DNA from: the human T2T-CHM13v2.0 reference genome, Homo sapiens
Direction: 5' to 3' (one strand)
DNA length: 64,000 bases
NCBI RefSeq assembly: GCF_009914755.1
Contig: NC_060929.1
The stretch's first letter is position 1, and each line of letters starts with the position of its first letter. A program made the translations under genes and the position numbers. Below are positions 26,889 through 40,112 of this stretch, piece by piece. The notes below the pieces were generated by a model that was not told where the DNA came from, searched no databases, and saw only the letters and a program-made list of their open reading frames with translations.

Positions 26889-29800
26889 TATTATATTCAA
26901 GAATTATCTTTTATATTAAATAGAAATTAATAAAATAACTTTAGAAAAATTATTTTTCTCTTCTAAACAAATAATTGTGCTTATAATGCAATGTCAAGCA
27001 TAAGTCTTATTTCTTGTAATGTGTAATTATTAATTGTGAACTGAATATTAAAAGAAGTTTAATATTTATTAGAGAGATATAAGTACCATAAAAGGGAATT
27101 CAATTTAAATGTGTACTCACAAACATAAGAAAAAAGAAGCAATTTTTCCCTTAAAATGCTTTAAAAACTATTACAAGAATTAAGAGAAACAGAATGCATT
27201 TTGATAAATCCATTTAATGTAAATAAGAAATTTGGCCCTATTTAAACTTTATGAATAAGTAGATTATTTTGCTACTAGCCATAATTTTAATTTGAGGTTC
27301 ACCATATCTTGTATACCTTAAGACATAGTAACAATACTTACATCAAATACTTAGACATTTTTACTGCTATTTTACTTAGGGAAAGATGTGTTTGTTGGTT
27401 GCTTATTTAGATCTTTGACAAATTCTCCACATCAAACAAGGTCAAGCCACAAATAATGCCCAAGATCAACTAAAAATCTAGTAAAGATCAATGACTTGAA
27501 ATGTGGATTTGAAAGGATGTGGGTCAATGTAAAAGCTGCAAGAATTTTTTTCTTCATTATTTTAAAACAAATGCACATCTTCTGCGGGTAAAACAGCCCA
27601 AAGCAGTGTCTTTTAAACCACCTATACCAAAAGATAAAACACCTTGGAAACAACAAGCCTTTGACATCTGTGACACAGGAGACATGCAGAAGTCATTAAG
27701 GGTATCCCGAGGGGGTTCCAACAGTTGCTTCACTTTAGGGTGGATGTGAGAAGGCTTAAAATTAAATTACTTTAAAATAAAGTTAGAGCAGTAAGCAATT
27801 TCCTGCTTTCTACTCAGAAGGGTTTCCCGTGAGAAAAGAAAGTGGGCAAAAAGCTCAGACAGACAGACAAACATATTTACCCCTAGGTGGAAGGTACAAA
27901 TTAAATTAGCCTGCTACAAAAGGGAGATGTTTTCTCCTTCTGTTCAGATGTCATGGTAGTGAGGAAACATAGTCTGGGGCCAAGAAAAATGGCACAAATG
28001 CATTCATCTGAGCTACCATTCATCCTGATCCAAGGTCTAAACAGAACACATAAAAGAACGGCACTGTTGAAGGACTTCCTCTCCCTAGTTACCAAGTTGA
28101 GACTTGCAAAGGCACATGGGAGCAGGGGGTGGGGATCTTTCCAGAATGTTTCAATGTTGATGGAGTGTCAGAGGATGTTATGGAGTTAATGACTGAATCT
28201 GAAATCACATCAGTATAATTTGATTCCATATTTCATAGAAAGAGCTGTATTTTATGGTGCACAGTATGGTGTGTTTAAAGGTACATTGTGAACTTTCTTT
28301 CCCTCTGTAGCTGGAAACCAATATAGGCACTTCCAAAGAGTCAAGTATCTATTATAGTGCCTCATTAATATGCATGTTTTTGGCACTCAGTTTGGTTCAG
28401 CTGGTATGCTTTCCAGTATCTCATTCTTTATTTATATGAGACTGGGAGGTGTGACCTATGGAGCCAGTTGGCTGTCATGAATTGGAATATTCATTAAGCC
28501 TCATGAATTATGCATTAGCCTGCTTATAATACTGAGATCCACATTTGATCTAGCCAGAACTCTCTGCTTTCCATTCAACGAAACGATCCACATTTTGGTC
28601 AAACTGTACATGTGTTCCATACACTGCAGAAGGACTGCCTGTATATTTGCCACCAAAAAGGCTTGGAGATTTTGCACCTCACATCTGACTAAGTGGGTTT
28701 CATATTTTTCGCTTGTTTGAAGGGCATTGCAGACATGGTTCTCCTCTGTAAAACGAGGTTAGAGTAGCATTCTTCCCTAGCCTGATTACTATTTCCATCC
28801 ATTACTGCCCTTGCCTATAAAAGTCACCAATGACTGGTAAGCAGCCTGGATTACAAAAGATATGTAGCTATCTCCTGGCAATCCACACACAAAAGCAAAG
28901 CCAAATATAAAAAACATGGAAAGTAACAAGGAAACCCTTTTACTGATAACCTTATCATTTGTGATACTTTTTTATGGATAGGTATATCCTGGCTACATAA
29001 AATCTAATTTGTAGATCTTGTTGATGTTACAAGATTTTATCAAAATTCAATGACAGTATTTATTAGGCATTAAATATTTTAATTGTTAAATAATATGGAT
29101 CAATATTAAATTCATGGCTTGCTTAAATCCACACCTTTTACAATAGAAAGGAAAAAACAGCTGAAAAAAAATCAACTGGTAAAGATTAGTAAAATCTGTA
29201 ATACACATCAGTAAACTGAAACTCTGAAAGCATTTCACCTTTATTCATTCTTTGTACAAGCTACTCAAGTTAAAATTGTCCCCCCCAAAATATCAATTCT
29301 TAAGTAAAAATATTATTTTATATAGCATCGATCTCAAATATTTGATCACCACCCACTTTAAAAAGTTTCTATTCTTTCTTTCTCAATGTAGACCTGCTTT
29401 GGAGGGAACTCCTATTCAGGTAAATAATTACTATAATGTAAAGCCTAAAACATAATTTGAATTTAGCCCATTCCATCTGCTATATTCTGGAAGACTGGAC
29501 TAAGGAATCTATAACCAGCTCTACAAAAGGTCATGGGTGAGTCCTGGGTAAAATGGCATTGTTTACAGATTTCTTAGTGAAGAGATTAGCTGTCATTTAT
29601 TTTCACATACCTAACTGAGAAGCTTTAGTGGTTCCCAGCAAGAGTGTGTTCTCTTCTCTTTCTTAGCCTGTCACATCCTTGTCAGTTTCAATAAAATTAC
29701 TTACCTGAATTATGCAAATGAGGTTTTGTTATGTCCAGCTCCCATCATTGTTCATCTCCACTACAGCTGAAAATTCTAGCAGACCCCTTGCTTACACTGT

Positions 29801-32699
29801 CTGATTCCAGGACTCCTTAGGTCAAGACCTTTCAACCTCAGAGCTTGACTTATGCCACAACCATTTGACAAATCGCCCAGACCCTCACAAAAGCTGGTTG
29901 AGCTCCAGAGTGGCTGCTCTCTCTATACACCACTGTTTCTCTGTTTTGACATTTCCTTCTCACTTTTCCTCTCAGTAATTAGACAAAGGGAAAAAAAGAC
30001 ATTTGTGTTTAAAGAATGCTTTCATTTAGGACTGTGATAAATGGCTCCCCTTTCCAAGAAGCTGCAATCCCACTACAGGACAGAAGGTTCCTTCACAAGG
30101 GGTTTGGACAGCAAAGGCCTTCCACCAAAGTTTTCCTGGACTTCAGCTTTGCCTCTAAAAAGCCTGCAGAGAGTTTCCACTGATCTCTTCTGTGTTTTCA
30201 GTAAAACTGAAAAATGGAAAAATGTAGCATGAACTTCCATATTAAAAGTATCATGGTTGTAAATGCAAGGACATTGACATTATGATTTAAGTATTTCTAG
30301 GAATGTTTGGTGTTGGAAAACACATTTGGAACAAAAAGGCACTGTGCCTTTTTTTTTTTTAAGTAATCTTAGTGCCTTAAAAAAGTCTCTGTTCAAGTTC
30401 TAAATTCCAGATTATAACATACCCCACTCTCCAGTATGTTTCATATATCATCTTGAAAAAGAATGAATTGACAGAACTATCAGAGATCTGACGTTTTAGT
30501 GGCCCATAACAAATCTGAAATATTTGTGGGGAAGTTTAATCATGTTTCTTTTAAAATAAAATACAACTCTATCGCGCTGCAGAAAGGAAAGTTGGCATTG
30601 TAATCAAGAAAAAAATTTTAATAGAGAGTAATGTATGTCAGCCAGATTTTCTTAAGGTGCTTTCAGAGTAATGAGTTAATGTTTATTGTTCCATTAGGGA
30701 AAAAAGATTGTGAAACATGTAAAACAACTGAATCTGCATGTGACTCAACTGTTGAGAGTTTCAGTGAGGAATTAGTGTGTTACTGTTCATGCTATAGTTA
30801 ATCTGTTGCCTTTGCTCATGGTAGTGCATTAATCAGAACATCACCAAATGACGTTCCCAAACCAGGCAAATCACCTTTAATCTGATATCACAGTTTAAGT
30901 AATTAACCAACAAGTTTACCTTGGAAGTTTAAGGCATGATATATGACTTTATTCACAAATAAAGAGGATATTCACTATCCTCTTCCTTGTGGTTAGTTAT
31001 GGGAGCTAAAACAATATAAATGAATAAGCATATCAAAGTTTCTATCCCCCAAATCAAAACAAAGCCAAACACAGAATCAATTTTATTTGGACTTTTATTA
31101 AAATCTTTGTGAGGGAACAAAGTCTTTAGACGTTTCCCATGTAAAAGGCACTAGACCAAGCAGCCTGATATGCTTGAAATAATGTATCCCCAGGCCTAAA
31201 GGCCAGGATGCATTCCATTTCAGAGACCTTTTCCACCATGCAGGCATGCATTTAGTGAGAAAAGGAAACCTTGGGAACTCATTTGGTAAACCTTTAACTG
31301 ATACAGTATATTCTTAGTTTATGGTTTCCATTCATTCTGTGGATTAAACAAAACAGAGGTGAACCTGCTGATGCATAACTGAAAATGAATGCCAGTAAAA
31401 CCCTACACCTCTGTAGCTCCATGTAAAAGGGAGCTCATTGTTGTTGACAAATATGAAGTAATATTAGACATATAAATTCTCATTATGGCACAAAAACCTT
31501 ATAACTTTAGGTGTAAATATGTCCCTAACTGACATTGTGTTTATGTATTAGTGTATCACTCTGAAATGAGACTTATCTTCTTGATGACAGTTTGTGTGCT
31601 CCAATATCAGTACTCTCAAGTTTTTAAAAGTTTATTCTATCTCTTTATAATGACCCATTATGTGCTTCTGTTTGCATTTTGTCAACAAAAATTTGTCTAT
31701 TTTTAAAAATATGTTTATTTTTAAAACAAAAAGATCTACTTTATCTGGTGGATCAAAATCAAAAGATGATTTTCTCAATTTCAAAGAATGAGAATCTGGT
31801 TTAATTATTTACTTAATATGATATCCTTCAAAACATTGCATTGATTATTTAAAAACATCACAATCAAAATTTACTTACTCAACTCACTAACATGCCATTC
31901 CATTAAAGGCATATTTCTTAAGCACATCATGAATAGTCAGTAAATGTTTGTTTAAAAGATTACTTTTAACTAAACACCTATTATGTGTTACCCTTTCCTT
32001 CTCCTAGGAAGCTCATAGTCTAAAAATGAAAATAAGACTAATATATAAAATAAACATAAAGCGAAGAAGAAAACTCAAATGCTATATGAGCAATATTACA
32101 ATGATGGTTACCAGGGAGGTTGGGGGGTAAGAAATGTACCTATCATTGACTATAAAAAAATGTGCTTCTTAAACTCTATTCATTAATCAGAAAAAAAGTC
32201 TAGTTTTTCTAGATTAGATGCCCTTCAGAGTTTTAGTTGGATTTTTCACAATTCTGTGTATTTGATGGAATTTTTGCCAAAGTCAGAAATTTTCTTATCT
32301 AGTTTCCCTCATTAATCAGTCAGAAAGTAATCAAAGAAAGTATTTAATCTGTGGCTGTTTCCGTTGCTTATTTTCTTATCCTTTTAAGCAGGTCTTCAAG
32401 TCCAGTAGTATGTTGTTGTTCAAAAGGGAATTCTTCCTGGAGTTGCCATAGATGAGTAGGACATGACCTCTCTGTGAAGATATGGTCTGAAATAAGACAC
32501 TGCGTTTGATTTTGGAACTTAGTTATGATAATGGTTTCCAATTTCCATTCAAGAGTAGAATATAGTGCAACTTGATTCGTCAAAATGACAGCAGCAATTT
32601 CATACCTCTTCTTCACCCTATAGTCTATTTTAGAATACTTAAATAAGAAATTCTTATTGTACTCTTGAAATATATAGAAATAATATTGCAAAGGCAATA

Positions 32700-33430
32700 G
32701 CATGCCTTTCTTCCTCACTTTCCAAACAGAACCTGCTCCTCCTTCTGTACCCCATCTCAGTGCATGTCACTATGATATCCCCCATCACTGAAATCACAGA
32801 AACCTGTGACTCACCTAAACTCCTATACACATTCTTTTCCCACTTCCCACACATATGCAATATGTGCATCTTAATATCTTATATATTTGTCCCTTATTTC
32901 ACCCCCTTGTTACTGTCTTAATTCAGACCCTCTTGAATTCTCCACAGAGACCTTGGCCCCTGAACCTGCCTGTCCTCCCTTTGATAGGCAGTCTTCAATA
33001 AAAAATGCAGTGTCAAGCATAGTGCAGCTCAGTAACCTTCAATGGCTCCCACATAGATTTCAGGATAAAATTCAAATGCCTTGGTGGAGCCCACCACTCT
33101 GCCACAGATAGTACTCTTCTTCACACTGTACCTAGTGATTTTCATGCTTCTTTGTTGATCCTTCATGCTTCCATATGGTGTTTCCCAAACCAAAATGTTT
33201 CTCTTCCCCTCTTCCTCAACCTTCATTCTACCTACCTAAGCTCTACTCTTGATTCCATCAACTTCTTCCAGAACCCTTCCCTGACCTGGAGTCTAACTTA
33301 TATGCCTTCTTGCTCTCTTAGCACCCTACCCATTCATTTATCCTGGTACTTGTCTATTTATAACACTAGACCTTGAACTCTTCTAGGGTAGAAAACTTGT
33401 TCCAGTTTGTGTCTCACCTAGAATTTATTT
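32700..33430 (+). mobile_element. LINE-2 3' region
   Basis: AACCTGCTCCTCCTTCTGT.CCCCATCTCAG, AACCTTCAATGGCTCCC, CAGGATAAAATTCAAA, CACTAGACCTTGAACTC. Confidence 0.8.
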
Positions 33431-35419
33431 AGCTGATTTTTACCTATCAAATGAAAAGACTTCCAGAGCAAAGAGAGTAAGTCTTATGGAGGTTCTAATG
33501 AGTAAATATTCTGTTTCCAACAAGGGCAAAGAAAAAAAAGTAAGAAAGAAATTACAACCATAGAAATAATGATGATGGTATAAGTCCAACCTATATCACT
33601 GAGGCCATGCATTACAAATATAGAAAAAAATAAATTAATAGATACAGACTTCTAATTGCAGCTCCAGTATATAAGGACCATAAAAGTCATCACTCTTTCC
33701 ATACAACAGGAAAAAATATGGCCAATCTGAAAATCCATCACTTTCCTTGGACTTCTCAGACAACCAAGGTTGTAGGGAAAATCATCATCCTGATATCTGA
33801 AGAACAATATCCTGAGATACTGCAACTGAGATGTACTTAAGCAGAGCAGAAGCTACTGGAGCCATAAACTAATATGAATTCTTAAAGGATAATTTTCACG
33901 AATTAAATTTGGATTGCCGGAGAGTAGTCAACTTTTGGGAACACTTTGATGGGATTTACTTCCAAGAACCCCATCAGTGTCTCACTACAAAGATCTGAAA
34001 GTTATACTCATAGCTCTGGCACCAGGAGGAAGAGTAATCTTTATGAAATATTCTTAGAGCCTTCTTTGTAATAAAGAACTTGTCTGGGACTTATCCCAAT
34101 CAGAGGCAGGGCATTCATTCCACCTCAGGCCCTATAGCCTCCCTGTTTTATCTAAGAAAGAAAACATTTCAAACAGTTAGGGCTTCAAGAAAATAGATTG
34201 GAAACTCCAGTCAGGGAAGAGAACAGAGGGGAGAGGATGGGGGAGTTAGAGCACTAGAGAAACACTTCTGAAGGCCACATCCTCAAGACAAAGGCCCACT
34301 GACACATCAAGCCATTATCAGAAGACAACAGAATTTTTCACCTTCCCCACATTTTACCACTATACCAATAGGGATTTGATATGATAACAATGCATTACAA
34401 CTGAAAGACCTGCAAGATACACACTTTCTCTGAGGAAGAGTATTAGGAAAGCCCAAAATCAAGGCAGGAGAAAAAATAAATAAATAAATAACAATAGAGA
34501 AATTTGAACCTCTGGTACCTCTGGTAACAGCACATATTAAACACAGTCAAACTTCTGGTCAGATTTTCTGAATCCTCACAATGAAAGCCTATTGATCTCA
34601 GTTGCTCAGTTGCAAAACAACATGTCCAACTTTCAACAAAAAATTACAAATCACACCAAAAATCAAGAAAAAACCCAATCTTAAGAGAGAATGCAATCAT
34701 CAGAACCAAACTGGGAAATGACACAGATATTGGAATGATCACACAAGGAATTTAAAATAATTATAATTAATTTGTTAAGAACCTTAGCAGGAAAAATTGA
34801 CAGCATGCAAAAATAGGTGGTTTATCTCAGTGGAGAGATGGAAATTCTAAGGAAGAATCAAAACGGAATGCTAGAAATTTAAAACACAGTAATAGATGTG
34901 AAGCATGCCCTCAATTGACTCACTTTTGATGGGATGCTGTCAAGTAAAGATCCGTGAACTTGAAGATAGGTCAATAAAAACTCAAACTGAAATATAAAGA
35001 GAAAAATAATGATAAAAAATCTAAGAACTGTGGAATAATTTCAAAAAGCACAACAAATACATAATTGGAATACTTCCGAAGGAGAAGAAAGAGAAAACAA
35101 AGTAAGAGAAATATTTGAAGTAAAATTGCCAAGATTAATGATAGAGCTTAAACTACATATTAAAACAAAACAATAATAAAAAACTTAGGCATATTATATT
35201 TAAACTACAGAAAATGGAAGACAGAGAAAGTCTTAAAAGAAGCCAGAGAAAAAGACAACTTACCTACAAAGGAACAAAGATAAGAATTACAAATTTTTAA
35301 CTAGAAACCATAGAAGCAAGAAGAGAGTGAAGTGACATATTTTAAAGAGTTAAAAGAAAAAAAATCACCAATCTAGAATTCTAGACTCAGTGAAATTATT
35401 CTTCAAAACTGAACCAGGA

Positions 35420-35636
35420 GGCCGGGCGCGGTAGCTCATGCCTGTAATCCTAGCACTTTGGGAAGCTGAGGCAGGTGGATCACCTAAGGTCAGGTGCCTG
35501 TAGTCCCAGCTACTCGGGAGGCTGAGGCAGTGGAATCACTTGAATCTGGGGGACAGAGGTTGCAGTGAGCCGAGTTCACACCACAGCACGCCAGCCTGGG
35601 TGACAGAACAAAACTCTGTCTCAAAAAAAAAAAAAA
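35420..35636 (+). mobile_element. AluS with internal ~80-bp deletion
   Basis: Left arm runs to GGTCAGG then jumps to TGCCTGTAGTCCC of the right arm; TSD AAAACTGAA(C/G)CAGGA. Confidence 0.93.
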
Positions 35637-36112
35637 AAAACTGAAGCAGGAATAATGAGTTCCTCAGAAAAGCAAATTGAGGGAATTTATTGTTAATATA
35701 CCTGCACTACAAGAAATCTTGAAAGTTTTTAAACTGAAGAAAAATAATATTTATGAAAAACTTGGATCTATATATTTAAAAAAGAAAAGCATTGGATAAA
35801 GACAAAGTGAAGATAAAACATTTATTTTTTTAATGATTTTAAATGTAAACATTGTTTAAGACAACAACAGTAAAAATGTTTTCGTAAATATAGTATAGGG
35901 ATAAATAAAATGAATGGGTGTAATGTAACAAGAGATGGAACTTACATTCCTTAAGAATGTACATTGTAACTAAGATAAGCACTTTAAAAATCTGCATAAC
36001 AAAAGTATAATTTACACCTGAAAAATGGAGATAAGACAGAGTTATATAAAATGCTCAACTAAAACAAGAGAAGGAAAAAAGTGAGAAATTAGAAAAGAAA
36101 ATACCTTGCTAG

Positions 36113-36416
<304 letters not shown>

Positions 36417-38020
36417 GAAAAGAAAATACCTTGCTAGTTACAAATAACCATAGGAATAGTCACTTTATCATTTAAAATGTGAATACCATAAACGGACCAA
36501 TCAAATGTCAGAAATTAAGAAATAAAGAGAAAAGTACAGAGTTGATAAGAAAACGAGACCCACTATATGTTGTCCACAAGAAACGTGCTTTTTAAAAGAC
36601 TCAGATAGGCTAGGAATAAAGGGATAGAAAAAGATATAATATGCTAACACATACCAAAAAAACCCTGGAGTAGCTATATTTATCTCAGAAAAAGCTAAAT
36701 TCAAAGCAAAGAAGGCTATCAGTAATAAAGCGGGACATTAAATAATGATAAAGGAGCCAATTCTCCAAAAATATGTAACAATCCTAAATGTGTATGTAAT
36801 TAACATCAAGATGTTAAAATATATAAAGCAAAAAACTGATAGAACTGCTAGGAAAAATAGATAAATCCGCTATTATAGTTGGAAACTATACACTATACAC
36901 CACGTTCCTTTTTAAGTCATTGCAAGATAGCAAGCAAAAATTGGTAAGGATATAGATGACATGAACAGTATTATCAATCAACTTGATCTTGTAGACATTT
37001 TTAGAATTCTTTTTCCAACCATAGCAGAATACTTATTCTTCTCAAGCATACGTAGAACTTTTACCAAGATCATTCACATGCTGGGCCAAAAATACATCTT
37101 AAAAGGTATAAAAGTATAAATTATACAAGGTATATCCATAGACCACAATGGAATTAAACTGTAAATCAATTACAGAAACAGACGGATATTTCTGTGTATC
37201 TGGAATTATACAGCACTCATTTAAATAACCCACCACAAGCAAAAGAATAAATCTCAAGGGACATTAAAAAATATTTGAGCTAAATAAAGAGAAAAGTACA
37301 GTTTATTAAAATCTGCAGAAAGTGACAAAAGCAGTACTGAGAGGAAAATGTGTAGCAATGAATGCATATATCAGAAAAAATCTAAAGTCAGTAACCTAAG
37401 TTTCCTCTTTAGAAAACTAAAGAAAGAAAAGCTATTTAAGCCTAAAGCAAACAGAAGAAAAGACATTTAAAATTAGAGTAGAAATTGATAAAATCAAAAA
37501 CAAGAAAATCATAAAGAAAATTAATGAATCCACAAGCTGATTTTTAAAAAGATTAATAAAATTGATAAATTTCTAGCTAGTCCAAAAAGAGAAGTAAATT
37601 AGCAATATCAAAGAGGAGTTCTTACTATTGATCCTATAAACATTAAAAGAATAATAAAGGAATACTATGAACAACTCTACCCTCACAATTTTGACAATTT
37701 AGATGAAATAGGCCATTTCCTTGAAAGACACAAACTATCAAAACTCGCACAAAGAAAAACACATAGCCTGAATAGCTCTGTGTCTATTAAAGACTGAATC
37801 ATTAATTAATACTTTCCAGAAAAGGAAGCATCATATCCACATGGGTTCACTGATCATTCTACCAAATATTTAAGAAATAAAACCAATTATGTCTTCCAGA
37901 AAATAGAAGCAGAGGGAGGACTTTCTAACTCATTCTATAATGTCGATATTACCCTAACATCAAAACCAGACAAAGACATTACCAAAGAAGAATATTAGAG
38001 TTCAATATATTTCATAAATA

Positions 38021-38340
38021 TGATAGTAAACTGAATAATAATCCCAACCCTCCAAATTCTAGTACCTAGAACCTGCAATTATGCTACTTCGTATGTATGC
38101 TACCTCATATATATGGTAGCATATAGATGTAATTAAGAATGTTGAGATGAGAGTTTATCTTGGATTAGCAAGGTAGGCCTAATATAATCACAGAAGTCAT
38201 TTTAAGAGAGAGGCAGAGGGAAATTTGACTACAGCAGAAGCTTGTGTTACACAGGAAACAGACACTAAAGTTGTTTGGCCACAAACTGAGGAATACCTGC
38301 AGTCTCCATAGCTAAAAGAGACAAGAATTGAATTCTCTTC
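38021..38340 (+). mobile_element. MLT1C/D LTR, 3'-truncated
   Basis: GATGTAATTAAG..TTGAGATG..TTATCTTGGATTA..AATATAATCACA..AGAGAGAGGCAGAGGGAAATTTGAC; stops before the LTR 3' end. Confidence 0.8.
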
Positions 38341-40112
38341 TCTGAAAAGGCTACATACTATGTGATTTATATGATATTCTGGAAAAAGAAAACACTACAG
38401 AGACTCAATAAACAGACCAGTGGTTGCCAGAGGTTCAAGATGAAGAAGTAAGAGTTCAGAAGATGAAGTACAAGGCATGTTTTAGGAAGCTCAAAACATG
38501 AATCTTAATGTATGCAATGGTTTAAAAATCATTTAGGAACGTGAGGATAAAAGGATGGCTTGCAGAATGTGACAAAAGAATTTCATTGTATTACAAATCA
38601 GAATCACTGAGGACATCAAGGTGTAGGAAAGGGCTCACCTAAATGACTTTGGAAATGAGTCAAGTCTGTAAGACCAAAGACAAAAGGGACTGTATATGAA
38701 CAATGTACTCTACTTGATAATGTTATTCTCCATAAGGCTATTAATTAATACTTATGAAATCATTATACATATGTACATAAATTAAATAATTAAATAAATA
38801 AATGGTGAATGGTGGAAGACAGTTTTCTTATTAGTGAAGTGATAATTTACAGTCAAGCAAAGGGAAAAGGCTCAAATGGTCCATGTAGTAATGGGTTAAA
38901 GTTGGAGACCTCAGTATGAATTAATGTTTAGCTTATATGGATGCAGCTAGTGATGATCCTTACATACAGAAATACTTAAAGATATATGCATCAATATGGG
39001 ATAGTATACACCCATGTATTTCCTTTCCCTGTCAGCTGAGAGGGCCTAGTAGCAATGACACCCCAGTAGCAACAAGCACACTTAACAGCCAAAACCTGGA
39101 TTCCAATACCATTCTTCAATTTAAAAAATCTAAAACTCCTTGAAGAAATGTCTAATTCTAGGCGTCAGCATTTTGTATTGCCAGGAAGTAAGAAAGTTCT
39201 CAAAAAACCCACAACGATGGGGATATGTCAGCAGGACCCAGGAGCCAATTGAAAGAGCTCCCAATGGCCAAAGTTGGAACAACTGGAACAACAAAATAAA
39301 TAAAGTAGTATTAAATTATAAACCAAAGCATAAAATAAAAATACATGAGTCTATATTGATATAAATAAATGAGTAAATAAAAAAATGGGGAGAATAGACA
39401 AACCCCCCATGCAGAAGAGTTCTGAATCATTGATGCAGTTACTTTGCCCTCAAGGAGAAGAAGCATAACTCGCCACTCCTGAAACATGGGGCAGTAGAGC
39501 AACTTCCTTCCAAAGAGTACATACACCAAGAACTGGGAAAAAAGAGGAACTTTACAGTGGAGGAACCTGACAAACGCCACCTCAGCCAGGTGAGCAACAT
39601 CAACACCAGAAGTGATAACTCATTTCGATAGTATTAACACTTGACATAATGACAAGAATGTCACTTTATTTCTATGGTCTTCTTCCAAAATTACATAGCT
39701 CCCGTCTAACATGAGAAGAACATCAGATGAATCCCAAGTGAGGGAAATTTTACAAAATGGCTGAACAGTACTTCTCAACACTCCAAGGTCATCAAAAGCA
39801 AGGAACGTCTGAGAAACCATCACAGCCAAGAGGAGCTGAAGAGGAAATGACTAAAATGTAACATGGTTTACTGGATGGGTTCCTGGAAGAGAAGAAAAAA
39901 ATAATAGGTAAAAGCCAAGGGAATCTAAATAAAGTAATACTTTAGTTAATAATATATCAATATTGATGCATTACATGTGACAAATATATCGTAATAATAT
40001 AAGAGGCTAATATTAGGGGAAACTGGGCCTGGGGTATATGAAAACAAGCTCTCTGTACTAGCTTTGCAATTTTTTCACAAATCTGAAACTATCCTAAAAT
40101 AAAAAATTTATT
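38341..40112 (+). mobile_element. L1MC/L1MD 3' UTR
   Basis: TCTGAAAAGGCTACATACT..CAGTGGTTGCCAG; ends CTCTGTACTAGCTTTGCAATTTTTT..AAATCTGAAACTATCCTAAAATAAAAA. Confidence 0.85.

Noticed and set aside
28810-28845. TATA box followed by a GTAAGC donor as a first exon
   Set aside because: The donor lies upstream of where a TATA-directed start would fall (~30 bp downstream of the box).
30333-30360. AAAAAGGCAC-T-GTGCCTTTTT hairpin plus T-run resembling an intrinsic terminator
   Set aside because: Mammalian DNA; half of the stem is A/T homopolymer and the loop is 1 nt, so most likely chance.
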